Of a stretch of 64,000 bases of DNA, positions 25,735-40,837 are shown piece by piece (the first letter of the stretch is position 1; each line of letters opens with the position of its first letter). The notes beneath the pieces are model-generated. The model was not told the origin of the DNA, made no database searches, and saw only the letters and a program-made list of their open reading frames with translations. The stretch comes from Chrysomallon squamiferum (Eukaryota > Animalia > Mollusca), in NCBI GenBank assembly GCA_012295275.1, contig CM022674.1:8246001-8310000 (forward strand). The letters run 5' to 3'. The translations under genes were made by a program, and so were the position numbers.

Positions 25735-25980
25735 GATGAAAATAGTATATCTGTAATATCGAAGATACAGTCTGAAAACAATATCTGTAAATTACTTAGT
25801 GTATCTAAGGCATAGATAAGAGCGATATATTTTTAGTATTACTTAGTGTTTGCGAGATTAAAACATCATATATCTAGTCTACTTAGTGTTTCCACTCTAA
25901 AGATGAAAACAATATCTGTAAATTACTTAGTGTATCCATGATGGAAATTAAAACAATATATCTTCAGAATTACTCAGTTA
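25735..25980. repeat. Degenerate ~44-bp tandem repeat
   Basis: TGAAAACAATATCTGTAAATTACTTAGTGTATC is exact at 25773 and 25904, with diverged TACTTAGTGT units between. Confidence 0.7.
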
Positions 25981-26412
25981 ATTAGATTGTATCTGCAATT
26001 TACGGCTTAAAGTGTACACTAGTCGACAGACACTAAGATTTCTCGTTTCTTTCTCTCGCACTGGCAACTAGTCGTCAGAAATCAATGGTTGGCTTTTAAC
26101 GCAGTTAGAGTGATCAACGCGGAAAGTGGCGAAGAATGAAGAACTGCGTGTAGCATGCAAGTGGACGTCGTGTCTGACGTTATTGATGCCATTACTGAAA
26201 TTTCCACCGCCATGTCAAGTACAAATGTCTGGGTGAGCATCACAATGTGAATAGTTGATGAAATTTTATTCATTTGGAAACGTGTTAGACATGGATGCTC
26301 AGATTAGTTTTAATATTGTCTTATATGTGTTACCAAAAATAGTAAGCCTAGACAAATGACTAAAACATTTCTGTCATATTTGGAAATAGTAAATGAGAAA
26401 AGAAAGAAAGAA

Positions 26413-26522
<110 letters not shown>

Positions 26523-28219
26523 ATGTTGCTTTTTAGCTATACCTTTCATTGCATAACAATAGTTTACTTAACAAACAGACAACTGAAATAGTGGTAGTAA
26601 TTGCAATAGCAGTATAATACGTAGCTGTAATAGCTGCAATAGTAGTAATAAAATGTAGTTGTAGTAGTTGCTGTAGTAATATTAGCGTTAGCATTCTGCG
26701 ACCATAAGATCAGCATGGTGATGATAACAACAACGAGACAATAAATGCGACCAATAACATTATGAAGTAAGAAGATAAGTCACAGACTGCAGTCGTGTAA
26801 CAACTCTACACATTTGTTTTACTTACTACAGAAAGACGACAAAGTGTATAAATATAGTAACTGAAACAGCAGAATGGCAAGTATAAAAATTATGAACCAC
26901 ATCATCGATGATTTAAAATGTATAGTGACGTCGATGGTGATGATGATGATGACTGTGTGATATGCTGAATCCAGTAATTATAGGCGTTAAAAACACGAAA
27001 TGTACTTGACTTTCAAGAACGGAAAGCCGCTGTGAAAAAACCTGCTTCAGGCTACAATTTGTCACTTCAAGTACGTCCAGCATTCCACAGACACTGGCAG
27101 TGCCTCCACGACTTTCTGCTAATTTTGCCCAGGGAGCTATGTTGAATGTTTTCGGAAAAAGTATTTTTAAATCAAATATACCCTTAATATATGAATGTCA
27201 CAGGTCGTCATATATCTTTTGATGCTTCCTCATTGCTATGGCTGCAAATGTAACATTTTCCACAGCCAAATAAAATAAATCAAAATTTTACATTAAAGCC
27301 ATATACAAGATCTTGTTTTATGACCAAATGACTGTTTCGCAATATCTGACCTTTTAAAAATCGTCTAAGTGTTTGGGTTTATAAATGTTTTCTCAGATAC
27401 GTTTACTAATATCTGCACATATATAATTCGATTTCTCGAATTCTTAATCATCAAGAGCTAAGAGTCGTAAGTTCAAATCTTCGGAGTACTTCCACTGCAG
27501 TATTTATCACTCCAACCAAAGCACCTGGTTTGGTATGCCAGAAACTATAACATAAGCTTTTCTATTTATGGAAAAGTATTTCCAAATAGCCCTCTTGCTC
27601 ATATATATACCATCAGATATAAACTGATCAATGATTTAATGATGAAAACCTGCACTATATAACATAAAGATACGAACAAAGATAATACTTGCTAAGAAAT
27701 AAAGTATTTCATATAAAATTAAAAATTAAAATATTTAATTTTTAGTTATTATATTGATATATAGTTATGTATGTATGTACGTATAAAAATCAGGATTAAC
27801 ACGTGAAAAATATATATCAATATAATGCATAAAAATAAAATATCATTTTAATTTTTTATTTTATATGAAATACTTTATTTTTTTTAGCAAGTATTTATCT
27901 TTGTTTATATCTTCATGTTGCAGGGTTTCATCATTAAATCATCGATTAATTCATATCGGTAATTACATCTTATTTTTATTAAAAAACTCGATCTCTGCGA
28001 TTTTATCAACAGAGATACAGAGAAAAGACATGAGAGAGAAAGAGGAAGTAAGAAGAGAAAAAAGGAGATAAAGGAAGGAAGGAAGAAAGAATAAAAGAAA
28101 GAGGAAGTGAGAAGAGAAAAAGGAGATGAATATAAGAAAGGAAAAAAAGTGACAAAAGTGGAAGGAAGGAAGAAACAAATAATAAAAGAAGGAGTGAGAC
28201 AAATACTAAGACAGCGATG

Positions 28220-28542
28220 TAGTGTTTGTGTGTGTGTCTGTGTGTTTGTGTGTGTGTGTTTGTGTGTATATGTGTGTGTGTGGTTGTGTGTATGTGTGTG
28301 TTTGTGTGTATGTGTGTATGTGTATGTGTGTCTGTGAGTGTGTGTCTGTGTGTGTGGTTATGTGTATGTATATGTGTGTGTGTTTGTGTGTGTGGTTGTG
28401 TGTATGTATATGTGTGTGTGTTTGTGTGTGTGGTTGTGTGTATATGTGTGTTTGTGGTTGTGTGTATGTGTGTATTTGTGTGTATGTGTGTTTGTGTGTA
28501 TGTGTGTCTGTGTGTGTGTATGTGTGTCTGTGTGTGTGTATG
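28220..28542. repeat. Imperfect (TG)n-rich tract
   Basis: Read directly; source of the Cys/Val-rich ORFs. Confidence 0.95.
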
Positions 28543-28962
28543 CCACGTTTATGTATTTCTTACTCCTCGTTTGATGTGTATCGATTATTTATAAGAAAAC
28601 AATATTCTGCAACATGTGATTATCAGTGAAACATAGGGAGTTGTTTATGGTCTAGCTGTTTGAGCACAATTAATCATGCTGTATAATTTACAGTTAAACA
28701 TAGACAAGATTTGCTCGGCTACGATACAGGCCTGCAATGACTGACTGCGTTAAGGAGTAATTATGTTAAACGCATTACTGAGTATAAAGAAAGTATTCAA
28801 AACACAGTCACATGATAAATGTTCTCCGATATCTTTATTAATTAATAGATGAATGGCCCTATTACAGATGCCGTTGAAGATATTGTAATTAAATATACGT
28901 ACATACACTAATATGTATAAGTTTTCTCTATGGGTGTATATATCTGTTTTTGTATGTACATG

Positions 28963-28966
<4 letters not shown>

Positions 28967-29030
<64 letters not shown>
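28967..29030. repeat. (TA)n microsatellite
   Basis: Read directly from the sequence. Confidence 0.95.
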
Positions 29031-29034
<4 letters not shown>

Positions 29035-29319
29035 CATACAAAAACAGATATACGTATATAACTATATGTGTGTATGTACGTGCGCGTGTTGTCTGACATC
29101 TGTATGATGTATGTGCGTACTGAGGTCGAGTGTTTGAGATGAGATTTGACAAGTCATTAGACGTCTGTGTGAACAGCGGAGAATCGCTACGAGGCTTTCC
29201 AAATACAACATCACGAACACCATTAATAGATCACGACAAGCAAGACAAAAAAATAAAATTTAATAAAATAACATTTGATGCATGAGAAATAGATTACAAA
29301 TAGAACAGAATAAATAAAA

Positions 29320-29600
29320 AAAAGAAAATGGAACAGAACAAAATAGAACAGAAGAGAATAAAATAGAATGCAATAGAACAGAGCAGAACAGATCAAGCAT
29401 AGAACTCAGAAGAATATAACAGAACACAATAGAACAACAGAATAGAAAAGAGAAGAAGAAAAGAGGAAGGAATACAAGATAACAGAGCATAATCGAATTT
29501 AATAGAACATAATAGAATAGAATAGAACGCCTATAGAACAGAATAGAATATGGAATAGAATTGATTAGAATAAATATGAAGTAAATCTGATATAGAATAA
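29320..29600. repeat. Degenerate pentanucleotide (AATAG/AACAG)n
   Basis: 5-bp periodicity. Confidence 0.8.
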
Positions 29601-30588
29601 AATTAAATGATACTAAAATATAAATACAAAGCAAAATATGATAGGGAAAAAAAAAGGAAATAAACATTGCAATAATTGATCTATCTGTCTGTCTATCCGT
29701 CTGTTTGTCTGTCTGTCTGTCACTCTATCTATGCATCTGTTCAGTTGTATACTAGTGTATGTGCAGGTGTGTTTTTATACGTTAACAGAATAGTAATCAA
29801 TTATCTAATACAAGACAAAAAATAATAATAATATAAGAAAATAATAGAAATATGATGAAATTTAAAAACAAATTATAATAATAAAATGAGTTAATAACAA
29901 TTTTTGAAACTAAAAAGAACCCCAACGACAAACAAACAAAAAATAGCACGTATTAAAATGTGACTTTTAGCAGGAAATTAAAGAAGCAAGTAAAAAGCCA
30001 AAAAGTTTGGCAACCCTGAAAAATGCACTTTAAACGGTTGTCATAGAAGCAAAACAGGATGACACGTTCTTTGTAGAGTTGCAAGTGATGACAGTGAAAT
30101 GTAACATTCGACACACAAATCAAGTTACAGAAACTGTATTAATAAATTTGAAACAGATAAAAAAAATATAATAATAAAAAAAATAAAATAAATAAGAGCA
30201 CATCTCAAACTATAAAGTTTCGGCTTCAAAAATAAATGATTAAGTAAGCCGGTTAAAAAAAAAAAAAAAAAAAAAAAAAACAAAAAACGAAAAAAAAAAA
30301 AAAGGAAAAAAAAGGAACCGTGTAGAAACCTTTTAACTTGCTACCAGCATAATTTATGGTCAAGAAAGAGTTTGTAATATTTATGACGCAGGAGAAATAT
30401 TGCGAAGTGATGTAGGCAATTTGTTGAAATTTGCATTTCATAAATAACATTTATATTCAAGTCAGTCAGTAAATACAAAAAACAGATGGAACAAATTATT
30501 GATTTTCTATTTATATAGTTTATTTTAAAAAGGAAGATACCTAATAATTTCTTTGTGAAATTAAAATCCCATTTAAACAATAAATAAG

Positions 30589-30639
<51 letters not shown>

Positions 30640-33508
30640 AAACGGTCTTATATTTTCTACTTATATTACACATTTAACCTGATACAAATGTGAGGTTCTA
30701 TTTGTGTACACTATAACTGCGTCACTGGAATATTTTCAATACGGAGACAGTGTGAAATGTAAGTCTAATGGAAAAGTGTCTCTTTCCAAATATGAAATGA
30801 TTAAAAAGCATGAGGTTTTTATGAAACGTAAGTTCAGCTAACCAGAATAATTACGTACGTAATTAACAGGTTTTATTTTCTGTATGGATTATAACGGAAA
30901 CGCTGTTTCACACTGGAGAAGACTGTGCAGCTATTTCACACTATCTCCGCAAAGATAGTGAATATCTCAGACGTTATTGGATTTCGTTTCCTTTACACAT
31001 TTAATTTTTTTTATTTTTCGATTTGAAAAGAGTTCCTACAGGGGCCGGCTATCCTCATATAGCAGCTGATTAGAAGTGAAGACCCTGATAATGGCGATGT
31101 TAGCGGAGAGACGAGACTGGGCAAGCCGGTGAATGGTGCTGTCTCAATTCTTTTTCAGTTTCCAGCTCTTAGCGTTTCCGCCGTCATAGAACTCGTTTTA
31201 ATGACTGTTTAAGATATTTATGCGAGCTTTCAAAACGAGTTCTGGAAGGTTGCTTAGCTGAAGGAGAAGAGAAGAGACGAAGGAGAAAAGAGAATGAAAG
31301 AAGGACGAGAAGTAGAAAAGATTAAAAGAAAGAATGAAACAGATTAAAAAGAAAACAAATATATAAAGAGTAAAGCGTGTATGTATGCACATACAAGGTT
31401 ACATGTATGTGCCTTTTTGTGTGTTTTGCGCGTGTTTGTGGGTATGATTTTATCTTTGCGCGTGCGTTGCTCGGTTTGCATGTTTCTTAGCTTTAAAATT
31501 AAGAACTTTCAAAATTTCTTTTAAGAAAAATATCGGCGAAGCTCTTAATATTTAATAGCTGACTTCTCAAAAATTAATTAGTAATAGAAGTCGAAAATCA
31601 CAAAGACAAAAGAATGATTTTTTTTCTCCTAAAATTTTTAATAAGAAATCCTACGCTTGTAATGTTATCTAATATTATTTGGGTTAAAACTCTGATAGTA
31701 TTAGTCATATGTAATTCTAAACTTGCAATTTCGTTCCATAAACCTAGCAAATGTGATTTGATTAAGACTATAAAAATGTCGGTGATACGAAACTTGTAAT
31801 TTCGATCGGCAAACCTGTGACTTATTATTACTGTTGAAATTCTAAACGACGCAGCAGTAAATCCTAAGTTTTAAAGTATATGGGAAGTTTTATGGGGACG
31901 TGTATAGGATTTATTCTGTCGAAACCTAATGACGTGAAACCCTAAATATGTAACCTGACCGAAGAACCTATCAGATAATATTTGTGTTTTATGTGAGAGA
32001 GAGAAAAAATATGGTTGATTAGAAATTCAAAATTTGTAATTTGTGGGTTATCTGTCAGTGATAATCTTGTTAAAGAAAAAAAAATATATATATATATATA
32101 TTGTGAAGGAATTTTATTCGAAGGAACCACCAAACGGTAAATGTTATTAATTCGGTCTTCATTATTTTTTTGTTATAAATCGATCTGTTTTTATTTTTCA
32201 TAACCAAACTTATCTAAACCTAAAGAACTCGTAGTACAACCATGGAATCGCCTCTTTATTTCTGAAATTTTTGTAAAATCGAAAAATCATGAAACGGAAT
32301 ACGAAAGCTATGAACAGTTAGAATTTTAACTGTTTTAAAATACAGACGTACTCACAGACAAACCAACAAAAGAAATCGATGTATGCGATTCCAAAAGTCC
32401 CATCAACCAAACAAACAAACAAAAAAACAAATAAATAAATAAATAAATATCTATATTGAGAAATTTTAAAATAATAATTTTATTAGGTGAACCTATGAGA
32501 TGCAGATTTGGTAAGAAAAAATATATATATATATTAATTTAATCGACAAAAAAATGTATTTTTTTGTCATTTCATTCAGAAAAGTGTATTAAATATTCTT
32601 TTAAATTGTCTGGTAATATAAAATTATAAATTTAACTAGATAAAGCTTTCAAATTTTAATTTTGTCATTCGATGAAGCAGACGTTAAGCGGTAGAAGTGA
32701 AGATGCGAAATAACAAATACAATTCTAATTAAGAAAATACACCACAGCGATATGCTGGTATCAGAGACTGCAACAGAAGAAACATTTAGAAATGTTTGAT
32801 AAACTGAACTTTTCAGATGGTAATTTTATTCTGCTTTATTCGAGCTTATGTCAAATATTAATTTCTTAAGCAAAAACCGTGTTCCGGAGTAATTGTATTG
32901 TGATAGCTTATCAGTGTTAACATTGTTGAAAAATAAAAACTGTTTTTGTAAGTTGATTAGTCTACCAAAGATTAGCTGTGTAAGACATAAGAAAAGAAAG
33001 CTAATATAATTTTATTCCGCTTAGTGAAATGCTAAAAGATAATAAATCTGTACTGATGTACGTTTCAAATGTTAGTTTTGTAACAAAATATTTATTTTAT
33101 TATTTTTTGTTATATGAAATATTAAGCTGTACAATATAATTTTATTCCATTTACAAAATAGTAATTAGTTTATAAATTATAAAAATATTTGAGGATAAGA
33201 AATACAAATAATTTTTTGCTGAATGTTAATTAAATTAAAACTTTTTTTTTTTTTTTTTCATAATCAGAAAAGAATGTGCGTTATAATTACTTAAGAAAAA
33301 CGTTCTGAAGAAAACTTTAATAAAACAAGCTTTTAATAAAATGTGTAAAATTGCATAGAGTAAATAAACGTTTATTGTCAGTATAATGAAAGTGTTTGTG
33401 TATGTTTTTATTGAGAGGACAAATTGTGTTAAGTGTTGACACAAGACTTCTGTTACAACATTACTTAGTGAAAGAAAGTAAGTTGTGATAAAATATAAAA
33501 CCAGTTTT

Positions 33509-34140
33509 ATTCAGTGAAGACAATGTGTTGAAATATAATTAAAATATTCTCGAATAATCAATTGTATTCAGTGAAGACAATGTGTTGAAATATAATTAAA
33601 ATATTCTCGAATAATCAATTGTATTCAGTGAAGACAATGTGTTGAAATATAATTAAAATATTCTCGAATAATTAATAATATTCAGTGAAGACAGTGTGTT
33701 GAAATATAATTAAAATATTCTCGTATAATTAATAATATTCAGTGAAGATAATGTGTTGAAATATAATTAAAATATTCTCGTATAATTAATAATATTCAGT
33801 GAAACAATGTGCTGAAATATAATTAAAATATTCTCGAATAATCAATTATATTCAGTGAAGACAATGTGTTGAAATATAATTAAAATATTCTCGTATAATT
33901 AATAATATTCAGTGAAGACAGTGTGTTGAAATATAATTAAAATATTCTCGAATAATTAATAATATTCAGTGAAGACAATGTGTTGAAATATAATTAAAAT
34001 ATTCTCGTATAATTAATAATATTCAGTGAAACAATGTGCTGAAATATAATTAAAATATTCTCGAATAATCAATTATATTCAGTGAAGACAATGTGTTGAA
34101 ATATAATTAAAATATTCTCGAATAATTAATTACATTCAGT
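33509..34140. repeat. 57-bp minisatellite, 11 copies (ATTCAGTGAAGACAATGTGTTGAAATATAATTAAAATATTCTCGAATAATCAATTGT)
   Basis: TCAGT at 33511, 33568, ... 34136. Confidence 0.97.
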
Positions 34141-35559
34141 GCAGGAAGCGTGCTGATAAACAAATTTAACACCAACTCTGACAAAGAGCAGACCTACCAC
34201 GACAGCACCCGCGGTAACAACGACAAACAACGTCGTCTTTGATGAATTCACGTGTGTTGATGGCTAATCGGCGCCTATTCCTGGTGGCATTGACAAGAAA
34301 GTGGTCATTGATCAGCGCTCTCTGTTCTTTAATCAATAGTGCTCGACTTTTCTGCATATAATTAGTTAATATGTCTAATTACTGGGGCGTGATTTCAATG
34401 TAAATAAAATCACTGAGTGTAACGATATAAATTTTATTTATCATGGTTTTATTTAATCAGGATCCTCAGAGGGTCACTCAGAGTTTATTGTAGAAGTGAA
34501 GACAGAAACAACTGATAAGCACTAATCACACGTTTCTGTGTGAAATCTATATGTGAAATTACAGTTGAGATTTAAATATGAAACTATGTTTGAAATGTAT
34601 TACTGGTATGTTAAGCTACATGTATTTTATATGTTTCATAATAAATCATTCCTCATACATATTGTAGAGAATAGTTTACATGAGAAATAAATTTATAATT
34701 AAATTCTATCTACATTCTATCTTAATAAGAATAAAATAATTATTTTAAGTAAAACTTTAATAAGAAATTATTTATAAAACTGTGCACTGTGAGAAAAAAA
34801 TTGAATATGAAACTATTTATTTATTACATGTAAAATGTGTACTGAAAATATATTAAAAATATATATAAAAATGAAATTCCTTATTTTATTTGAAATTCGT
34901 TACAGTGATGTATTACTGATTTGTTAAAATGTATATGGATACGATATGATAGCTATGGGGTACATAATTTCGTACATACCTATTTCGGGATAAATGAAAA
35001 TGCAAATGCAATTTGTGAACGAAGCTAACACCTCCACTCAGAACGTGATATATACGTGAGCGTGTTGTACAGCGCTGTAAACAAGCCAGTGACGAGACAG
35101 CCAGGACATTGTACTCGCCGGCAAGAGAAATTCAAAATTGGCAAGTCGCAATAAACTCAAAGGTTTGTGTTAGAATGTGTTCTACTGCAGTATGAAAACA
35201 CTTGATCTCCTTCAGCCACTGCAATCATTCAAAAATTTCATTTTCCCTTTCTACGATCTATAGAGTTTGGATTGCATTCCTGTTTGACGTAATTTTAGAT
35301 CTGTGAAAAAAAGAAAACTGCGTAGTTTTCTAGGGAAGACTAAGAAGTTGTGTAAATGGTTTATTGAACAACTCAGAATAATTTTATTTCTGTGTTATTC
35401 CTTTATTATTATTATTTTTAAATTATTTATTTATTTATTATTATTTTTATTGCTGTTGTTTTTTCAGTTGTTATTATTTATTATTATTGTTATTTTAAAA
35501 CGGATACTGAAGTTTTGTTATATAATGTAAAGTTTCTAAAAGTATGATGAAAGACCTTG

Positions 35560-35593
35560 ATCACCATCATCATCGTCATCATCATCATCATCA

Positions 35594-35632
<39 letters not shown>
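35560..35632. repeat. (CAT)n-(TAT)n microsatellite
   Basis: Read directly from the sequence. Confidence 0.9.
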
Positions 35633-35634
<2 letters not shown>

Positions 35635-36124
35635 AATGGAATTATGAACTGTTTGGGCTAGCTAAATGTTGTTGTTTTTTCTCTCTTTTTTTATCGAAAA
35701 TAATAAATAAACATTTGCTGAACCATTATTTTATTTAATACCAAAGAAATTGCAATTACTTAATTACTCTCTTCTTTACCTGTACACATACATCCAAAAG
35801 TTTATCTGTACAAAAATATTTCTCAGGTATTGTATGGACAGACAAAAACTGATAACAGTTCAAGAGTGACAGTTGAAGCAGATATTTCATTACTTGAAAT
35901 GATTAGTAAGCCTAAACACACGAATAAAAGACGAGACTACGATGCACTGAGAAAACAATTGCGATGTTGTGTTTATGTGCGCCGTAGCACGGCAGATTCC
36001 AGTATAAAACATGCTGTAGAAGCTGCAGTTTGAATGTCAAAGTTAAAATTAAACCATTCCCTGCCATCCCACTGGGGTCGCCTGTAATAACAATCTCAAA
36101 GAGTTCAGATGAGGTTGCCAAGCC

Positions 36125-36520
36125 AGAATAAATGTGAAATATTTTCCTGTCATGGTTACGTCACTTTCTACAACACTAAAATAAAGGTGATCTATTAATA
36201 TAAGCCCTGAAAACGTAAAACAGTGACACTAATGCACAAAAAAGTGAAATATTTATTTCGGTAGAAGTGATGTCAGTTTCTGTAACACTAAAACGAGGGT
36301 GAAGTGTCAGGCACTGATGCATAAAAATGTGAAATATTTTTTTCTGTAGTGGTGACGTCACTTTCTGAAACAGTAACAGGGGAAAAAAGTTGATGCAGGC
36401 AGTGAAAACGTGAGATACACAAAACAGTGAAATACTTTTCTTTCACGGTAATGTCAGTTTTTGTAACACTAAAAAGAAGGTGATCTATTGGTAGAGGCTC
36501 TGGAAAGATGAAATAAATGT
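36125..36520. repeat. Old degenerate ~85-110 bp repeat, 4 copies (GTGAAATA.TT...GTCA.TTT.T..AACA.TAA)
   Basis: Units start near 36130, 36241, 36325 and 36423; AAGGTGATCTATT occurs in two of them. Confidence 0.65.
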
Positions 36521-39500
36521 GAATAGTGATATTGACAATAATAAGGTAAAATATTTCTTGTTCGCACTTAAAAGATAAAATAAAATGTTGGCATTAAGAA
36601 CCCAAATATAAAAAAGTGTGAAATTTTTAGGGAAAAATATGAAATGTTAAATAACGTTGAAAAAGCGTCAAAATTTCCGATGCGTGTGTTTAAAAGGATA
36701 CATTTTTAACTATGTTTGATAAAGGTGAAATAGCTGTACCAACACTTAGAATATAAAATATTTATACTGGCAGTAAACTGATGTAGAAAAATTAATTAGA
36801 TGCCGACCAAAAAAAATGTGAAACTTGAACCTGACACCGAACATTTATATATAAATGGAAAAGTATATATATATGTATGTATGTATAGTGATGTAAGTGA
36901 AATGTAAATTTTACTTTTTCTTATTTTTGGTGCCACCATTATATATTTTCATCAGTTAAGATCGTGGAATATTGATACTCATATTGAAAATGCAAAATAT
37001 TAATGTTGACAAATAAAAAAAAGTTACTTGATGGCACACTGAAGTACTGCTAGAAGAAGGAAAAGTTTGAAATGTTTAAACTGGCTTGCGAAACTTACGT
37101 CAGTAACTGAGACGAATTCTGAAATGTTTTACTGTAATTCTAAATAAGGTAGCGACTCGGAAATATCTTTTTAAGAATAAAGATTTTTTTAATTCAAAAA
37201 CAACAGCACTGTAAAATCGTTATTTTAATCAAACGCTGACAAGAAAAAGACTAAATAATAAAAAGGAAAGAATAAAATTACTATTATTACTGTTTTTGTT
37301 ATTATTATTGCTATTACTGTCGTTCTTGCTGCTGTTATTATTATTATTGTTGTTGTTGTTGTTATTTCTGTGATAGTCAAAGAAAAGAAATCAATATTTT
37401 TTTCTGAACCAGACCAGTTATAATTGGAAAACTTGAAAAAACAAAACATCTCTGCTTATTATGTAATTTTAAAAAATAAATTAAAATGTCTGTGCTTAAT
37501 CTAAAATGTTTTGTCCGTGATAAACAATTGTCATGATTGGCTTTCCAACACCTTCACACAAACATAAAGTAGAAAAAATACAAATCAATGATAATAATAA
37601 TAATGTCATAATAATACAAGATAATGATGATAATGGTGATGATAACAGTAGTAGTTGTGGAATAATAATAATAATTCTAAAGTATTTGTTTCTAGAATAA
37701 CATATTTTTAAATAAACGTAGTTCGTGTGAATTTTGTTTTTGAGATGAGTGAATGAGAGAGTGTTTAAATCTGAGTCCCAGGTGACACTGAGGGAACGAG
37801 CTGAATCAAAAGACGACAGTTAACAACACAACGAAGGATCAAATGAACACCTTTTTGATACAGCGAGCTTTGACACAGAATACGATTAACTGTCTTTGAA
37901 CGTTTTTCTCTCAGCTGCTATTCTCAACTGGTATGATCAGAGTAATTTTCATTTAAAAAAATCTTCTCTTAGATTTTGCCTCAAGACAATCCAGTTCTAT
38001 CGCCAACTAATATTACATAATTTTTAAAAACCTGGTATTTCTTTGGGATAAAAATAGCGCAATACTATGCCCTTTGGAAGTAACTGGCCTTAAAAATCTG
38101 CTAAAAAAAAATATAAAAAATATATCAGACTCTATTAAGATTATTTCTACATCTCGTGCACATTTTTCTACATACAACAGAGTGTAGCATTTTCAAACTG
38201 TATTCTTGATGGTTTAGATTTGTGGCGCGGAAAAGAAAACAAAGGAAACTATCGGATTCTCGCTGTTCATCATAGTTCAATTAGTTATTACCCGCCTTTA
38301 CTGTCTCTCGCTCGTCCTTCAAACACTGGCACACAGGCGATAGTCCAAATATAACACAGAGATGAAAAGACTCTTCTTGTTACTGCGTGTTTTATACGGC
38401 TCACTCTGCAGGCGCCTTCTGGCTACGTCCTTCTGAAGCGCTCTTGGGCCCGGAAAGCGCATAACAGCTCTGCGATGTCTTGTCATTATATGCATGAATC
38501 TCGAGTGAAACGCCCGTATGTAAGTGATTCAATTATCTAAGAATTGCCTCTTGGCACCATTTAAACGTGAATTATATAAGGGAAAATACAACACTTGATT
38601 AACAATAGCTATTTCATAGTTATTTAGAAACTCTAACTTCAGTGATCTCTCCTGTAAGACTTGGCAATCGACTAGTATTTTTTTTTTTTTTCCCCGTTTT
38701 CTGAAACCAAGGGAGGTAAGTGAACGTACACAGTTATTAAGAGATTTAATCTTGCAATAATGATTCCACGTGAATGATTTTTGTAAAGATAATAAACTGA
38801 TCCAACACACACGATATCTGAGCAAAATCTGATGCACAAAAAGTCTTAAATTTAAAATGACTACATCAGGAAACTGAACCATCTATAATTATAATTAGTT
38901 CTGAAGCAGAACACAATATTTCTTTCAATTTCAGTTACATGTGAACTGGTAATTTTGTTGTTTAGGTCAACTCCATGTCATTAGTTTTTACTGAATTATA
39001 TATATATATATATATATGATTTGTTATTTTGTTACTAGTGCAAATATAAAACTATCTAAGCTGAGTCTGATCTTTTCAAATTTTGAAATATTTATAAATA
39101 TACTGAACCATCGACAAGCTCCATTATCCATCTATCCCAAACCTCATCCCACAAGTAAATGCTTCCAATATGCTTACATACTGCACTGTTTGCCACCTCG
39201 TAGATGTCTTGTCTTAGAGAGAAAAACATTGATCTTTTGAACAATGTTATTTAATTCATAGTTTGTGAAAGATAATTAGGCACGTTGATTATGTGTGATA
39301 TTTCAGTTTTCTCAGTCGAGGGACTCTGTTTGGATCGGGTGATGGAAATCTACTGATTAGAGATGGAATTTTAATATAACTGATTAAACAAAATATATAA
39401 AATATCAACAGTAAATATCCATTAACTCTGGGTCCTTAGTGCAAGCTTATCAGTTAATTAGAATACGTTTGTTTGATGAATTTTTTCCCTGAAAGAAGGT

Positions 39501-40258
39501 TTTAACATTTTAGAGTCACTATCAATATCTGGATAATGTCTGCAGATACTTCGGGGTGATTTGATCCTCAGGCTAATGACACCTCAAGGAATCACTCACG
39601 CACGTGATTACCTAATGTTTCCGATTCTCCACTGAAAATCTCTTGTTTTATCCACTTTTAATATTTGAGACAGTCTGTGTCTCCTGTTTTCTATTGTTCT
39701 GTTTGGAGATGAGAAAATCTGAATTACATCCTAATGAATACGTTGGCAGCAAGAACAGTGAGCAGTTGTCAGGTGTCAGGCGGAGGTTCAGCGCTGTTAG
39801 AGATTCTGATGTGAAAACGAACGAGTTTAGCAATCAATACATTCTTTAAAATTCACACTAGCAATCGTCCATCACGTAATTTCTTAATGCTAAACGTGAA
39901 GATAAGCAGCTTTCATAAATACTTATCTTTTAATCATTACTATATATACAGTAAATTAATCTGACGCCAGCTATGAATGTGTCCATTAATGTTTTCTTCA
40001 AGAAAAATGTACTGAACTGTTAATAAATTATTTGAAATCGATTATTTTCTCAGAAAGAAGATTTATGAAGAAAACAAATGATCCTGGATGCTGTTTTGTG
40101 GTAGTTATGAAAATATTAGTGAGTGAATGAAGAAGTGTTTGTTATTAATCGCATTAGTGACCGTTGTGTCTATGTCAGTATCAAAACCTTTTTTGTGAAC
40201 ATTATATAAAATATTTGATAAAAAGGAAAGCAAATACCACGGACTTTGTTAGAGAGGA

Positions 40259-40693
40259 TATTGTAAATATCTCTGAGAGGAGACAGAACACAAGTCAGTT
40301 ACATATATCATCAAACACTTACTTATATATTGTAAATATCTCTGAGAGGAGACAGAACACAAGTCAGTTACATATATCATCAAACACTTACTTATATATT
40401 GTAAATATCTGTGAGAGGAGACAGAACACAAGTCAGTTACATATATCATCAAACACTTACTTATATATTGTAAATATCTGTGATATATATCATCAAACAC
40501 TTACTTATATATTGTAAATATCTCTGAGAGGAGACAGAACACGTCAGTCACATATATCATCAAACACTTACTTATATATTGTAAATATAGAGGAGACAGA
40601 ACACGTCAGTCACATATATCATCAAACACTTATTTATATATTGTAAATATCTGTGAGAGGAGACAGAACACAAGTCAGTTACATATATCATCA
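40259..40693. repeat. 69-bp minisatellite, about 6-7 copies with internal deletions
   Basis: TTGTAAATATCT at 40261, 40330, 40399, ... Confidence 0.95.
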
Positions 40694-40806
40694 TGACTGG
40701 AACGGGTATTCAAACAGAAAGGCGCCTTCTAGATTTGATCCGACTGACGATTGTCTTCTACTTTTTACACAGTCTGTACATGTTTATATCTATATTTATC
40801 CATCCA

Positions 40807-40837
<31 letters not shown>

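Noticed and set aside
27450-27560. Possible tRNA-derived SINE head (GTCGTAAGTTCAAATC, B-box-like)
   Set aside because: No convincing A box, cloverleaf, tail or TSD; too degraded to call.
35826-36033. ORF after TTTCTCAG (YGQTKTDNSSRV...)
   Set aside because: No recognisable domain or partner exons.
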